Positions 20,500 through 29,839 of a stretch of 64,000 nt of DNA are shown here, piece after piece. Each line of letters opens with the position of its first letter. Position 1 is the first letter of the stretch. This stretch comes from an uncultured Acidobacteriaceae bacterium (GTDB taxonomy: Bacteria > Acidobacteriota > Terriglobia > Terriglobales > Acidobacteriaceae): the NCBI GenBank assembly GCA_963802695.1, contig CAWDJN010000008.1, positions 13,778 to 77,777 on the forward strand. The letters run 5' to 3'. A program made the position numbers and the translations under genes. The notes below the pieces were generated by a model that saw only the letters and a list, made by a program, of their open reading frames with translations, searched no databases and had not been told where the DNA came from.

Positions 20500-21174
20500 C
20501 TAAGGGATGGAAACAGTCAGGCGAGAGCAGACGATATCCCAAATACGGCCTTGAATCTCATCAAGGTTTGCGTCATCGCGAATAGCGATTACGCGCTGGG
20601 GTTCACGAGCCGCAATCTCCTCATACTTTTCGTAGATGCGCCGGTAAAACTCATCGGATTCTCTCTCGAACCGGTTCTCGTCCGTGCCCTGTCTCTGAAC
20701 CGCACGCCGATTCCTAAGGCGGGCCCTCCGAAGAGAGGTCTCAAGAGGAGGAAGCAGCAGAACCGTCAGATCGGGCTGGAGATTGCCGCAGGCAGCGGCA
20801 TGCATCGCGAGGATGCGTTCACTACCAAGCTGACGGCCACCCCCTTGGTAAGCCTCAGAGGAGTCGGTATAGCGGTCGCACAAAACGACCGAACCTTCAT
20901 CCAGCGCCGGAAGAATAATCTCCGCGATGGACTGGGCTCGGTCCGCGAACATGAGTGCCATCTCCGCAGCTGGGGCGATGGGGCCAAGCGTAGCTTCGGA
21001 TTTGGAGTCCAGCAGAATAGAGCGGATTCGGTCCCCAAGAGCGGTCCCCCCGGGCTGCCGGAGCACAACGACCTTTCGCCCCTCTGTCTCTAATGCCGCC
21101 GCAAGACGACGTATCTGGGTGGTCTTGCCGGACCCGTCAAGGCCCTCAAAAGTAATGAAATATCCGCGCGGCAT
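20500..21174 (-). CDS. tmk: Thymidylate kinase
   Basis: FITFEGLDGSGKTT, DRYTDSS, PDLT. Confidence 0.95.
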   Translation of the reverse strand: MPRGYFITFEGLDGSGKTTQIRRLAAALETEGRKVVVLRQPGGTALGDRIRSILLDSKSEATLGPIAPAAEMALMFADRAQSIAEIILPALDEGSVVLCDRYTDSSEAYQGGGRQLGSERILAMHAAACGNLQPDLTVLLLPPLETSLRRARLRNRRAVQRQGTDENRFERESDEFYRRIYEKYEEIAAREPQRVIAIRDDANLDEIQGRIWDIVCSRLTVSIP

Positions 21175-21234
21175 AGCTCCAGTCTACCGCGTAAAACAAG
21201 CGGGCATCTAAGAAGAAGACGAAGGAGAATCGCT

Positions 21235-21390
21235 ATGTTGACGATCGGATTTATCACAATTGCTTTTGTCTTGCTGGCGATCGGAGGCGTGTTTGCTCTG
21301 ATGGCAAAAGACCACAAACGCACAGGCCAGAGTGGCTCGCCGGGCACATCCAGCGACGCCAAACAGGGAAGAGCGCCAGGATTGGACTAA
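21235..21390 (+). CDS. Small (51 aa) membrane protein, not in ORF track
   Basis: SD GAAGGAG then ATG 21235; MLTIGFITIAFVLLAIGGVFALMAKDHKR...GLD*. Confidence 0.65.
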   Translation: MLTIGFITIAFVLLAIGGVFALMAKDHKRTGQSGSPGTSSDAKQGRAPGLD

Positions 21391-21392
21391 CG

Positions 21393-21752
21393 TTATTTGC
21401 TCGCTGCGACTCCAGGCCCAGGCTGCCACTGCACCCCGGCCGGAGTAATTGTAATGCTGAGCAACCCCTCCGCGCCTTCTGCGAGTAAAGGACCGTCCGA
21501 CTTGTGATCCTGATGAAGTCCATCTGTGTAGAGGATCTTCATTCTGCCCGAGCCGAGCACCTTGAAGCGGTAATGAAAGTCGGAACCCGGAGCGAGATCC
21601 TGCGTACCGAAGCTGGCACTCGGGTAGTCCACCTCAAGCAGTTCAATACGCTGACTTGTCTGGTTGCTCACTGTAGCGGAGATATAAGGGGAGTGGCAGC
21701 CGGCAGTAGAGAGAAGACAACCGAGCATGGCGAGAGAAAAAGAACAACGCAT
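21393..21752 (-). CDS. Hypothetical lipoprotein
   Basis: Lipobox-like TAG-C; co-directional with and 10 nt downstream of lpxD. Confidence 0.7.
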   Translation of the reverse strand: MRCSFSLAMLGCLLSTAGCHSPYISATVSNQTSQRIELLEVDYPSASFGTQDLAPGSDFHYRFKVLGSGRMKILYTDGLHQDHKSDGPLLAEGAEGLLSITITPAGVQWQPGPGVAASK

Positions 21753-21761
21753 CTAGTGACT

Positions 21762-22778
21762 TTATTTTAGCTTTGATTTTATGTCTCGCAACAATTCGGG
21801 AAGCCGATTAAACAAAGCGACCGAGCGTAGCCACTGACGATTGTCGATCGCCGGATAACCGCTCACGACCTTTCCCGGGTCAACATCACCCGGAATACCA
21901 CTCTGTGCCGTCGCAATCACCCCGTCGCCAACGGTGCAGTGGCCGGCAACACCGACCTGACCCGCCAGAATGACACTCTTGCCCACGACGGTGGAACCGG
22001 CAAGACCAACCTGTGCGCAAAGGAGAGTATCGGGGCCAACGGTCGATCCGTGACCCACTTGAACCAGATTGTCGATCTTCGCGCCGGCCTGAATGCGAGT
22101 TTCGCCAATGGAAGCACGGTCGATACAGGCATTGGCCTGCACCTCGACAGAGCTCTCAAGAATTGCCTGCCCGGATTGGACTATTTTGTGCCAGCGCCCA
22201 TCGGCCTGACGAGCAAACCCGAAACCGTCCGCCCCTATAACGGCACCGTTCTGCAGAATAACGTTGTCACCGAGTCTGCAGTGTTCGCGAACGACTGCGT
22301 GTGCATGCGCAAGTAGATTATTGCCCGCACTGGAGTTCGGGTAGAAGACTACATGAGGAAGAATAACGGCGTTGTCCCCAATCGTTACCTGGTCCCCAAT
22401 TACAGCATAGGCGCCGATGTGGGCTTTGGCTCCAATCTGGGCTGTTGGTGCAACGGCTGCAGTGGGGTGGATGCCTGGCGGATAGGTAGGAGCTGTGTAA
22501 AAGAACTCGATGGCACGAGCGAATGCGAGGTAAGGATTTTCGATGCGTAACGTTGCGGCCGAAATTTCTGGAAAACCTGGCTCGACCACAACTGCTGTGG
22601 CTCGTGTGGTTTGGGCTAAAGCAGCATACTTAGGATTTGAGACGAAGGTGAGGTCTCCAGCAACAGCAGTTTCAATGCCGGTGACTCGGGTGATGCGGGA
22701 GGTGGGGTCTCCGTTTAGAGTGGCGTTGAGCAGTGTGGCGAGTTCGGCCAGTGTAAAGGATTTGAAACTGGAATCCAT
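21762..22778 (-). CDS. lpxD: UDP-3-O-acyl-glucosamine N-acyltransferase
   Basis: NPYLAFA, hexapeptide repeats, [24 protein letters not shown]. Confidence 0.95.
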   Translation of the reverse strand: MDSSFKSFTLAELATLLNATLNGDPTSRITRVTGIETAVAGDLTFVSNPKYAALAQTTRATAVVVEPGFPEISAATLRIENPYLAFARAIEFFYTAPTYPPGIHPTAAVAPTAQIGAKAHIGAYAVIGDQVTIGDNAVILPHVVFYPNSSAGNNLLAHAHAVVREHCRLGDNVILQNGAVIGADGFGFARQADGRWHKIVQSGQAILESSVEVQANACIDRASIGETRIQAGAKIDNLVQVGHGSTVGPDTLLCAQVGLAGSTVVGKSVILAGQVGVAGHCTVGDGVIATAQSGIPGDVDPGKVVSGYPAIDNRQWLRSVALFNRLPELLRDIKSKLK

Positions 22779-22796
22779 GGGGTGGATTGTAAAGGT

Positions 22797-23330
22797 TCAG
22801 TTGGGGCGTGTGTTTGGCGGAATCAAGTTCTCAAAGAGATCCTCCTGAAGGGTGGTTGAGGCTGGCAGGGGTTTTCGTCGAGATGGGGTGGTAATGACAG
22901 CCAGGAGTTGGAGTTCGCTGAGGGAGGTGCGGGGCACGTAGATACGTTGGGTATTGGAACGAATGTCGGGTGGGGTTATGTGTAGTCCCTGATCGCAGAT
23001 GAGATCGTCGGTCAGTGTGATGTCAAGGGGTGCAAGGCCCTCGAGCAGATCACCAGTGCGAAAGGTCATGCGCAGCCATAGACCTTCGGTTCGTGGTTTA
23101 GCCAGAAAACTGCGACGTATAAGACGTTCGGGGTTGATGTTGTCGTTCAAGTTGAAATCGCGGACGTAGCAAATATGCTTGATGTCGTTGATAGGGAGGG
23201 GAATGACACGCCCCGAGAGATCCAGGAGGTCTACGGCGCGGTTGCGGACGAAATTTGACGGCATCAGGTAGCCTGGGAGTGTTTCTCCGGTGAATCGGCG
23301 CACTATAACCTTCTTATGTGTGGAGGGCAT
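22797..23330 (-). CDS. Hypothetical protein
   Basis: Clean 177-aa ORF directly upstream of lpxD. Confidence 0.7.
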   Translation of the reverse strand: MPSTHKKVIVRRFTGETLPGYLMPSNFVRNRAVDLLDLSGRVIPLPINDIKHICYVRDFNLNDNINPERLIRRSFLAKPRTEGLWLRMTFRTGDLLEGLAPLDITLTDDLICDQGLHITPPDIRSNTQRIYVPRTSLSELQLLAVITTPSRRKPLPASTTLQEDLFENLIPPNTRPN

Positions 23331-23508
23331 AGGTTTTGGGATTGTCGCACGAGTGCGGTCTGAAATGCGAAAAACGTGTGGATTTGATAGTCAACGGGCT
23401 AATGTCATGTTAGACTTACGTTTTGTGCCTAGGTGTCATGATCTTGATAAACGCTTGATTCGCCGCAGCTTAGGTTCGGTTTTGAGCGGGTTGGAGTAAA
23501 CCTTCCGG

Positions 23509-25308
23509 ATGGCAGATTATATCTATTTGCTAGAGAATCGACTATCGCAGGCGCAGCAGTCTGCCTTGTCGGCTGTGCGCCAAATTGCTCGTACTAAAGG
23601 GCTTACCGTGTTCCTGGTAGGGGGAGCGGTGCGCGATATGACGAGCGGTTCGCCGGTGCGGGATCTGGATGTAGTGGTTCAGGGAAATGCTCTTAAATTA
23701 AAGAAAGATATAGAGAAACTCAAAGGCGAGATCGCTGGAGAAAGCGAAACGTTCCAGGTGGTATTTGTGCGGTTTCCTGGTGGTGTTCGGATGGCAATTG
23801 GCAGCACTTTGTCAGTCAGTTTTCCGAAGCCGGGCAAGCCGCTCACCAAGCCAGCGACGATTCTGGATGACCTGCGGCGAAGAGACTTTACGGCCAATGC
23901 CATGGCTTTGTCTCTCAACGACGGGTCGTATGGGCTACTGATGGACCCGTTGAACGGGGTAGCGGACATCGAGAACAGGGAGCTTCGGCTGGTTAGCAAC
24001 TACGGGTTTATCGAAGACCCGGTGCGGATGATCCGGGCGACGAGACTCATGGCGCGGCTGGGTTGGCAGATGGATGCGAAGACTCAGGAACGGTATGAGA
24101 CCGGCAAGAAGGAAGGTTACATCTCGACGCTGGACGCGTTTCAGCGGGGCTATGAGACGGAAGAGATCTTCCATGAAGAAGATCCTCTGCGGGTTCTGAA
24201 GCGGCTGGAGGCGGAGGGTTGGATCAAGTACCTGTTTCCGGCGCTCTCCTCCTCGAAGGCGAACGTGGCTGAGCTCGAGCGGTTGCGGGAGAGCCAGATG
24301 CAGTTGGAGTTGCAGGGGATTCGTCCCGAGACCTCCGCGGCAAACTTCCCGTTTTTGACCGCGAAGATGGCTCCGAAGGATGTGGCAGCGCTGAAGAAGA
24401 GCTTTGCGCGACAGGGGTTTGTCCATGAGATCGCCGCGCTTGAGGGTGAGGCGAAGGCGTTCGCGGCAGAGTTTTCGGGGAAGGGCGCAGCGAGTCCATC
24501 GCAGGCGTGGAAGATGCTGCACTCGGCCAAGCCTGAAGCTGTGCTGTGGGTAGCGCATACGTCGAAGAATGCAGGGATTCAGGCGAAGTTCAAGGGTTTC
24601 TTCAGTGAGTGGGCACAGGCGAAGCAGAAGATTCCGTACGTGATGATGCAGGAGATGCGGATTACTCCTGAGCTGCCGGGTTATGACGAACTGCTAGATA
24701 AATTGTTCTTCGAACTGATGGATGGAAAGCTGTCGACTCCGGAGGAGATGAAGGCCTATCTCGAGCCTTATTCACCTCCGGCTCCTCCGCCCCCGGTGCA
24801 TCTGCGCCGTCCGCGCGCGGCGAAGAAGGATGCCAAACCGCCGAAGAGCCGGAAGAAGGCAGTGGCTGCGGTCGCCGGCGAATCGACGGAGGCAGTGGCT
24901 TCGGTAGAGGCACAGGTTTCGACTACTGCACCAGAGAAGCCGACCAAGGGCGCTATCCCAACCACGGTAGCCGCGGCCAAGGCAACGCCTTCCAAGGCTG
25001 AGGCGAAGAAAGCTGCAGCTCCGGTGAAAGCAGCCGCTCCAGCGAAGGGCATGGTTAAGGCTCCCGCGAAGAAGGCTCCGCCGGCTAAGAATGTCTCGAA
25101 GAAAGTTCCGGTGAAGGTTGCGGCGAAAAAGGCTGTAGTCAAGAAGGTTGCGCCAGCTAAGACGGCTGCCAAGAAAGCGGTGGCGTCTAAGAAACCTTCG
25201 GTCAAGAAGCCGGCTCCAGCGAAGAAGGTTGTGAAGAAAGCCGTGAAGAAGGCGGCTCCTGCCAAGAAGGCCAAGCCGGCGAAGAGTGCTGGGAAGAAGA
25301 AGCGATAG
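23509..25308 (+). CDS. Class II tRNA nucleotidyltransferase / poly(A) polymerase family protein with Lys/Ala/Pro-rich tail
   Basis: LVGGAVRD...DLD, DDLRRRDFTANA, EDPVRMIR motifs. Confidence 0.85.
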   Translation: MADYIYLLENRLSQAQQSALSAVRQIARTKGLTVFLVGGAVRDMTSGSPVRDLDVVVQGNALKLKKDIEKLKGEIAGESETFQVVFVRFPGGVRMAIGSTLSVSFPKPGKPLTKPATILDDLRRRDFTANAMALSLNDGSYGLLMDPLNGVADIENRELRLVSNYGFIEDPVRMIRATRLMARLGWQMDAKTQERYETGKKEGYISTLDAFQRGYETEEIFHEEDPLRVLKRLEAEGWIKYLFPALSSSKANVAELERLRESQMQLELQGIRPETSAANFPFLTAKMAPKDVAALKKSFARQGFVHEIAALEGEAKAFAAEFSGKGAASPSQAWKMLHSAKPEAVLWVAHTSKNAGIQAKFKGFFSEWAQAKQKIPYVMMQEMRITPELPGYDELLDKLFFELMDGKLSTPEEMKAYLEPYSPPAPPPPVHLRRPRAAKKDAKPPKSRKKAVAAVAGESTEAVASVEAQVSTTAPEKPTKGAIPTTVAAAKATPSKAEAKKAAAPVKAAAPAKGMVKAPAKKAPPAKNVSKKVPVKVAAKKAVVKKVAPAKTAAKKAVASKKPSVKKPAPAKKVVKKAVKKAAPAKKAKPAKSAGKKKR

Positions 25309-25387
25309 GTCTCGATCCAGGCTTCGTGAAATTTACCAGCTATTCAGAGGTTGCCTATCAGGCCTCGTGTGCAGATGAGAAAGAAAG

Positions 25388-25422
25388 AGGGAGGCGCGGA
25401 ATGAGCGCCTCCCTTATTTTTT
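25388..25422. terminator. Bidirectional intrinsic terminator
   Basis: AGGGAGGCGC-7nt-GCGCCTCCCT with T-run on the right and A-rich run on the left, between convergent genes. Confidence 0.8.
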
Positions 25423-25437
25423 GCGGCTCAGCGGATT

Positions 25438-27374
25438 CTAGAATTGCCCACCGTAACCGAGCAACTGACGCAAGCCGTTGCCTGTCTCCCATGTGGAATC
25501 GGGCTGGTTCTTGATGAAATCGCGGAAAGTGACGTGAGCGATTTCCGCCTTGATCTGCTGGAAGCGTAGCGAGTTGGGATCGAGGGGATTGCCGGGTAGA
25601 GCGGCAGCGAGCTCGTTAGGCAGGTAGTTGTTGATGAGCGCATCGTATCCCTGCTGAGCGCGGGGGTCGTTGGGGTTGCTGAAGAGCTCGAGCTGACCGG
25701 CTTTGGTCCCGTAGTCGTAGAACTCCAGTTGCACGGTGGTGGGGTCGATGGTGACAGAGAGCGGCTTCCAGTCGGCATAGACACCCACCTTGGCGTCTTC
25801 AGTGCGGAGGGCGAGGATGTTGGTCGGGGATCCGTTGAAGTTGTAGAAGTCCGGAGCGATCTCATCGGTGGCGAAGAGGAGGTGATCCCTGCCCGGGGCC
25901 CAGCGGGACTTCAACATGGAGTACATGTCGTGCCGGTTGGTGTAGATCTGGTTGTAAGGGTACTGCGTCAGCCAAGTTGTGTCGCCCTTGTTGCCGAGGG
26001 TGACGAACATGTTAAACAGGTCGACGGAGGAGCAGAGGCCTGTGCGGATGGTGTTGGTGTCGCCGGTGAATCGGCCGCTGGGATCCATGACGATGAGCGG
26101 GATGTGGGTGCATTCCTCGTAGACGGTGCCGATCTTGCCCTGAACGAAGCCGTGCGCCCCACTGTATTCGCCGTGGTCGGAGGCGAAGATGATGACGGTG
26201 TTGTCGATGACGCTCTGCGGCAGCTTGTGGAGTTGATCGAGGACGGCGCCGATCTGTTGATCGACGATCTGGGTGACCTGGGTGTAGCTGTCAAGCCCGC
26301 GTTGCCAGTAGTAGAAGGGCGCGTTGCCGACGCCAAAGGTGAGGTTACCGTTGCCATAAGGATTAACCTTGAAGCCGAACTGAAATAGGTCAGGAGCAAT
26401 GCCTCCCCAAAGGGCGGCTGAAAACTGCTGAATGTAGGTGTGCGTGGTGGGTTTGTTGAATGCCGCGTAGTTAGTGGGATTCTGCCAGTTGGGGGAAGGA
26501 ATGGGTAGCCCTGAGGAGGAGGCGATTTGAGCTTGTTGATGTTCCAGTTAACGATGGGTGGAGTGGTTGTGTAGTCCGTGAACTGCTTGAGCTGGGCACT
26601 TGGGGGCTTGTTCTGGTTGTAGTTCGCGAAGACATTGGTGTAGGTGAGGAATTCGGTGCCAGCGGGATAGAATTCGCGGTCGTGCGGGTTGACGTACCCG
26701 ACGGTCAGACACCATGGGGCATCTGTGGTCTTGACGTTTTGCAGGTAGGAGATGACCTGGCCGGTGGTGTAGGCGTCGTTGTGGTATGGAGGAGGTTCCG
26801 TTGGGTTTGGGGGAGGCGGAGGGGGAATGGGGTCGCCGTAAGTGCCCTGGAGGTTGAATCCGACTACGTCCGGGGGACTGTTCCAGGCGAATCCGTAGGG
26901 GGCAGTGTCGCTGGGACCGCTGGGGACGGAGACGTGCCACTTGCCGTAGTACGGCGTGGTATAGCCGGCTGCGCGAAGGAGCTTGCCGAAGGTTGGAAAT
27001 GCCGGATTGAGAACCGGCAGATTGGGATTGGAGAGGATGGTGCTGATGAGCCAGCTTTGATGGGAGTAGAGGCCGGTGAGGATGGTGCCGCGAGCTGGCG
27101 TGCAAGCGCAAGCAGCAGTGTGATAGTTGGAGAATTTTACACCGCCCTTCCAGACGTATTTGTAGAGGTTGGGCATAAAGCGCCTGAAGTATTCTTCGGC
27201 GCTATTGACGCCGGCGGGAAAGACGCTGGGCCAACGCAGTTCATCGACGAGGATAAAGAGGATGTTGGGTTTCGCTCCTGGTTCGGTGATGTTTTGAGAG
27301 AAACCAAGGCGACTTGCGACAGTGGCGCCCGCGGCGGCGACAGCGGTGGTTTTCAGGAAGTCTCTGCGTTTCAT
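25438..27374 (-). CDS. Tat-exported sulfatase-like hydrolase (one frameshift at G5 run 26491-26495)
   Basis: KRRDFLK Tat motif, PNILFILVDE, CTPAR (CxPxR), GKWH; after the shift SDHGE...GK...YEE is continuous with the 25438..26088 ORF. Confidence 0.85.
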
Positions 27375-27697
27375 TGTCTATTCTCCAATAATGATGAAAT
27401 TCGTTGCTGCTGAGAGTGATTTCTCGACAGGCCCGGAGCCAACATAGCAATGCATTTAGGGAGAGAATCGAGGGCACGATGGATGACGTAGTTTTGTTTC
27501 AGAGCCCGTTTAACCCGGCTGCGTCGTGCGCCACATAGCTTTTCGCGAGCGAACGAGGCTTTCGATGATGCACCGGTTTAGTTGGAATGGATCAGGTAGC
27601 CGGAGGTATTTCCCGGGAGGCCCAGGGGGATAGATTTTCCGGAGAGATCAGGACCTACGAACGTCGCAGGGGGAAGGATCACTGATGCGACGGGAAA

Positions 27698-27726
27698 ATT
27701 CTACGCTGGGCACTAAGAGGGGTCAA
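27698..27726 (-). promoter_or_regulatory. Sigma70-type promoter for the sulfatase
   Basis: TTGACC-17 nt-TAGAAT on minus strand. Confidence 0.65.
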
Positions 27727-27857
27727 TTCACGCTCTTTTTTGGTCGATTGAGCCGAGCCCTGAATAGACCATTTCATATAACGTGATCCCGCGTCAGGAG
27801 GTCGCACTTGCAATATCACTTCCGTTTTCATGATTGGCAAGTTTGATCTAATATATT

Positions 27858-27877
27858 ATGCAACCTAGAGGTTGCGT
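27858..27877. promoter_or_regulatory. Palindromic operator, probably for the adjacent ArsR regulator
   Basis: ATGCAACC-TAGA-GGTTGCGT immediately before the SRPBCC start. Confidence 0.65.
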
Positions 27878-27879
27878 AA

Positions 27880-28332
27880 ATGAGTGATCGAGTTGAGAAA
27901 CGAATTGAGTTGAAGGCTCCAGTGTCGCGCGTGTGGCGGGCGATTGCGGATCATCGTGAGTTTGGTGAGTGGTTCAAGGTCAAGCTGCATGAACCGTTTG
28001 TCGCGGGGCAGGTTTCTCGGGGGAGTATTACGCATCCCGGGTATGAGCATCTGCAAATGGAGGTCGTAGTGCAGAAGATTGAACCTGAGCGACTGTTCTC
28101 GTTTACGTGGCATCCGTATGCTGTCGATCCAAAGGTGGATTACTCGACGGAGACACCTACGTTGGTTGAGTTTCGACTGGAGCCGACGCCGAAGGGAACG
28201 CTGCTGACCGTGACCGAGTCTGGTTTTGACAAGATTGCGAGTGGGCGGCGAGCTGAGGCGTTCCGCATGAATGATGGTGGATGGGCGCAGCAGATGAAGA
28301 ACATTGAAAGCCATGTCGAGCAGGGCTCGTAG
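27880..28332 (+). CDS. SRPBCC / Aha1-domain protein
   Basis: APVSRVWRAI...EWF, FSFTWHP, TESGF...GGW. Confidence 0.88.
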   Translation: MSDRVEKRIELKAPVSRVWRAIADHREFGEWFKVKLHEPFVAGQVSRGSITHPGYEHLQMEVVVQKIEPERLFSFTWHPYAVDPKVDYSTETPTLVEFRLEPTPKGTLLTVTESGFDKIASGRRAEAFRMNDGGWAQQMKNIESHVEQGS

Positions 28333-28651
28333 GGTCGGACGGCTGGCGCGGGCTCCTGTTTTTGCGGCCCTGGGAGACGAGACGCGGCTGTCGCTGGTTA
28401 GAAAGCTGTGTGACGGGGAGGCACGGTCGATCACGGAGCTGACTGCGGGTTCTAAGCTAACGCGGCAGGCGATGACGAAGCATCTTCGTGTTCTGGAGAG
28501 GGTGAAGATTGTGCGTTGTGTCCGCTCAGGGCGGGAGAGTTTGTTTGAGCTCGATCCGCGACCTATCGAGGAGATGAAACAGTACCTGGAGTTTGTCTCG
28601 CAGCAATGGGACCGGGCGCTGGGGCGGCTTCGAGTGTTTGTTGAGGAGTGA
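28304..28651 (+). CDS. ArsR/SmtB family transcriptional regulator
   Basis: FAALGDETRL, TRQAMTKHLRVLE, GRE. Confidence 0.9.
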   Translation: MKAMSSRARRVGRLARAPVFAALGDETRLSLVRKLCDGEARSITELTAGSKLTRQAMTKHLRVLERVKIVRCVRSGRESLFELDPRPIEEMKQYLEFVSQQWDRALGRLRVFVEE

Positions 28652-28713
28652 AGGGCGCGCTTCAACTGGGGTGGTGCGGGGACGATATCTGCACCAGACA
28701 TTTCTAAGGCGAT

Positions 28714-29022
28714 CTAGCGGGGGCGGCGGAAGAGAAAGAGGGTGCCTACGAAGAGACCTCCTGCCGTGACCGTCATCAGGATGATGGCGCGACGGTAGGC
28801 CGCCTGCGTTCTGGGAGGCGTGGCGGCGGTGTTGTCCTGACACTGGCTGCAGCCTTGCGCATGGAGGGAAGGGGCGACGCTCAGGGCAGCGAGGAGTGCT
28901 GTTGCAGCGAGAATTCTGAATCGTCGCCGTTGATAGGTTCGTTGCATAGTTTGATAAACAGATTTCTCTACCGTCCCTTCGACTCGGTGTGTTTTAGGGT
29001 GCGGTCGAAATGAAGACTTCAT
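28714..29022 (-). CDS. Small membrane protein with CxxC motif, last gene of the oxidase operon
   Basis: Signal-like helix, AQGCSQC, C-terminal TM; 10 nt after subunit III; start uncertain. Confidence 0.65.
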   Translation of the reverse strand: MKSSFRPHPKTHRVEGTVEKSVYQTMQRTYQRRRFRILAATALLAALSVAPSLHAQGCSQCQDNTAATPPRTQAAYRRAIILMTVTAGGLFVGTLFLFRRPR

Positions 29023-29031
29023 GGTTGTGAG

Positions 29032-29814
29032 CTATTGGAAGAAGGCCAGCATCGCGAAGAGGAAGAGCCAGAGGATGCCCATGGCATGCCAGTACCAGGC
29101 AACACTGTCGACGAGGATCTGCCGGGATTCGAGTTGGCGGGAGACGTAGAGACCGATGAAGGCAGTTATAAGAGCAGCGATGCCGAGGAAGAGATGGAAG
29201 GCGTGGACGCCAGTGATGAGATAGAAGAAGTGACTGCTCTGGTTGGTGCCGAAGAAGATGTGCTGTGCGGCCAGCTTGCGCCATGCCATCCACTGGCCAG
29301 TGAGGAAGACGAAGCCTAGGGCGATGGTGGCGGAGAGCCAGGGAAGCGCGCGGCGGGTGATGGGTTTGCCGATGCCGAGCCACTCGTCCATGACGTCGGT
29401 TTCGCGGAACATCGTGCGGCGGGCGATCTCCATGGAGACGGTGCTGAGGAGAAGGACGGCGGTGTTAAGCCAGAGGATGCGCGGGATGGCGGTGGGAACC
29501 CACTCGTTGACGTAGTGGTTGTATGCATTGATGTGCCCTGAGGACTGGTTGACGAAGAAAGTGCTGACGATCGCAACGAAGAACATGAGGTCGCTGGCGA
29601 GAGCGAAGAAGATGCCCAGACGGTAACGATGCAGGCGTTCGTAGGGGCCGCGGCGGCCGTGGGAGCGCTCATTCCAGTTGTCGCCGTCGCCTCCGCCGCC
29701 GGTGCGTTTGTCAGTGGGCGGACGTCGGCCTGAACCGTTGTCGTGATCTTCGAGACGGCGTTTACGATCCAGGTCGGACTTATTTGGCGTGATGGTGGCC
29801 GGCATAGGGTTCAC
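29032..29814 (-). CDS. ctaE: Heme-copper oxidase subunit III
   Basis: NTAVLLLS, FYLITGVHAFH, WYWHAMG. Confidence 0.88.
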   Translation of the reverse strand: MNPMPATITPNKSDLDRKRRLEDHDNGSGRRPPTDKRTGGGGDGDNWNERSHGRRGPYERLHRYRLGIFFALASDLMFFVAIVSTFFVNQSSGHINAYNHYVNEWVPTAIPRILWLNTAVLLLSTVSMEIARRTMFRETDVMDEWLGIGKPITRRALPWLSATIALGFVFLTGQWMAWRKLAAQHIFFGTNQSSHFFYLITGVHAFHLFLGIAALITAFIGLYVSRQLESRQILVDSVAWYWHAMGILWLFLFAMLAFFQ

Positions 29815-29839
29815 TCAGGAAGCACGCGCTGTGGACAGC

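Noticed and set aside
23331-23508. Possible oriC near the skew switch
   Set aside because: Only one two-mismatch DnaA-box-like site (TGTGGATTT) and no dnaA nearby; not supportable as a feature
24830-25305. Apparent tandem DNA repeats
   Set aside because: Explained by the K/A/P-rich protein tail; not a CRISPR array
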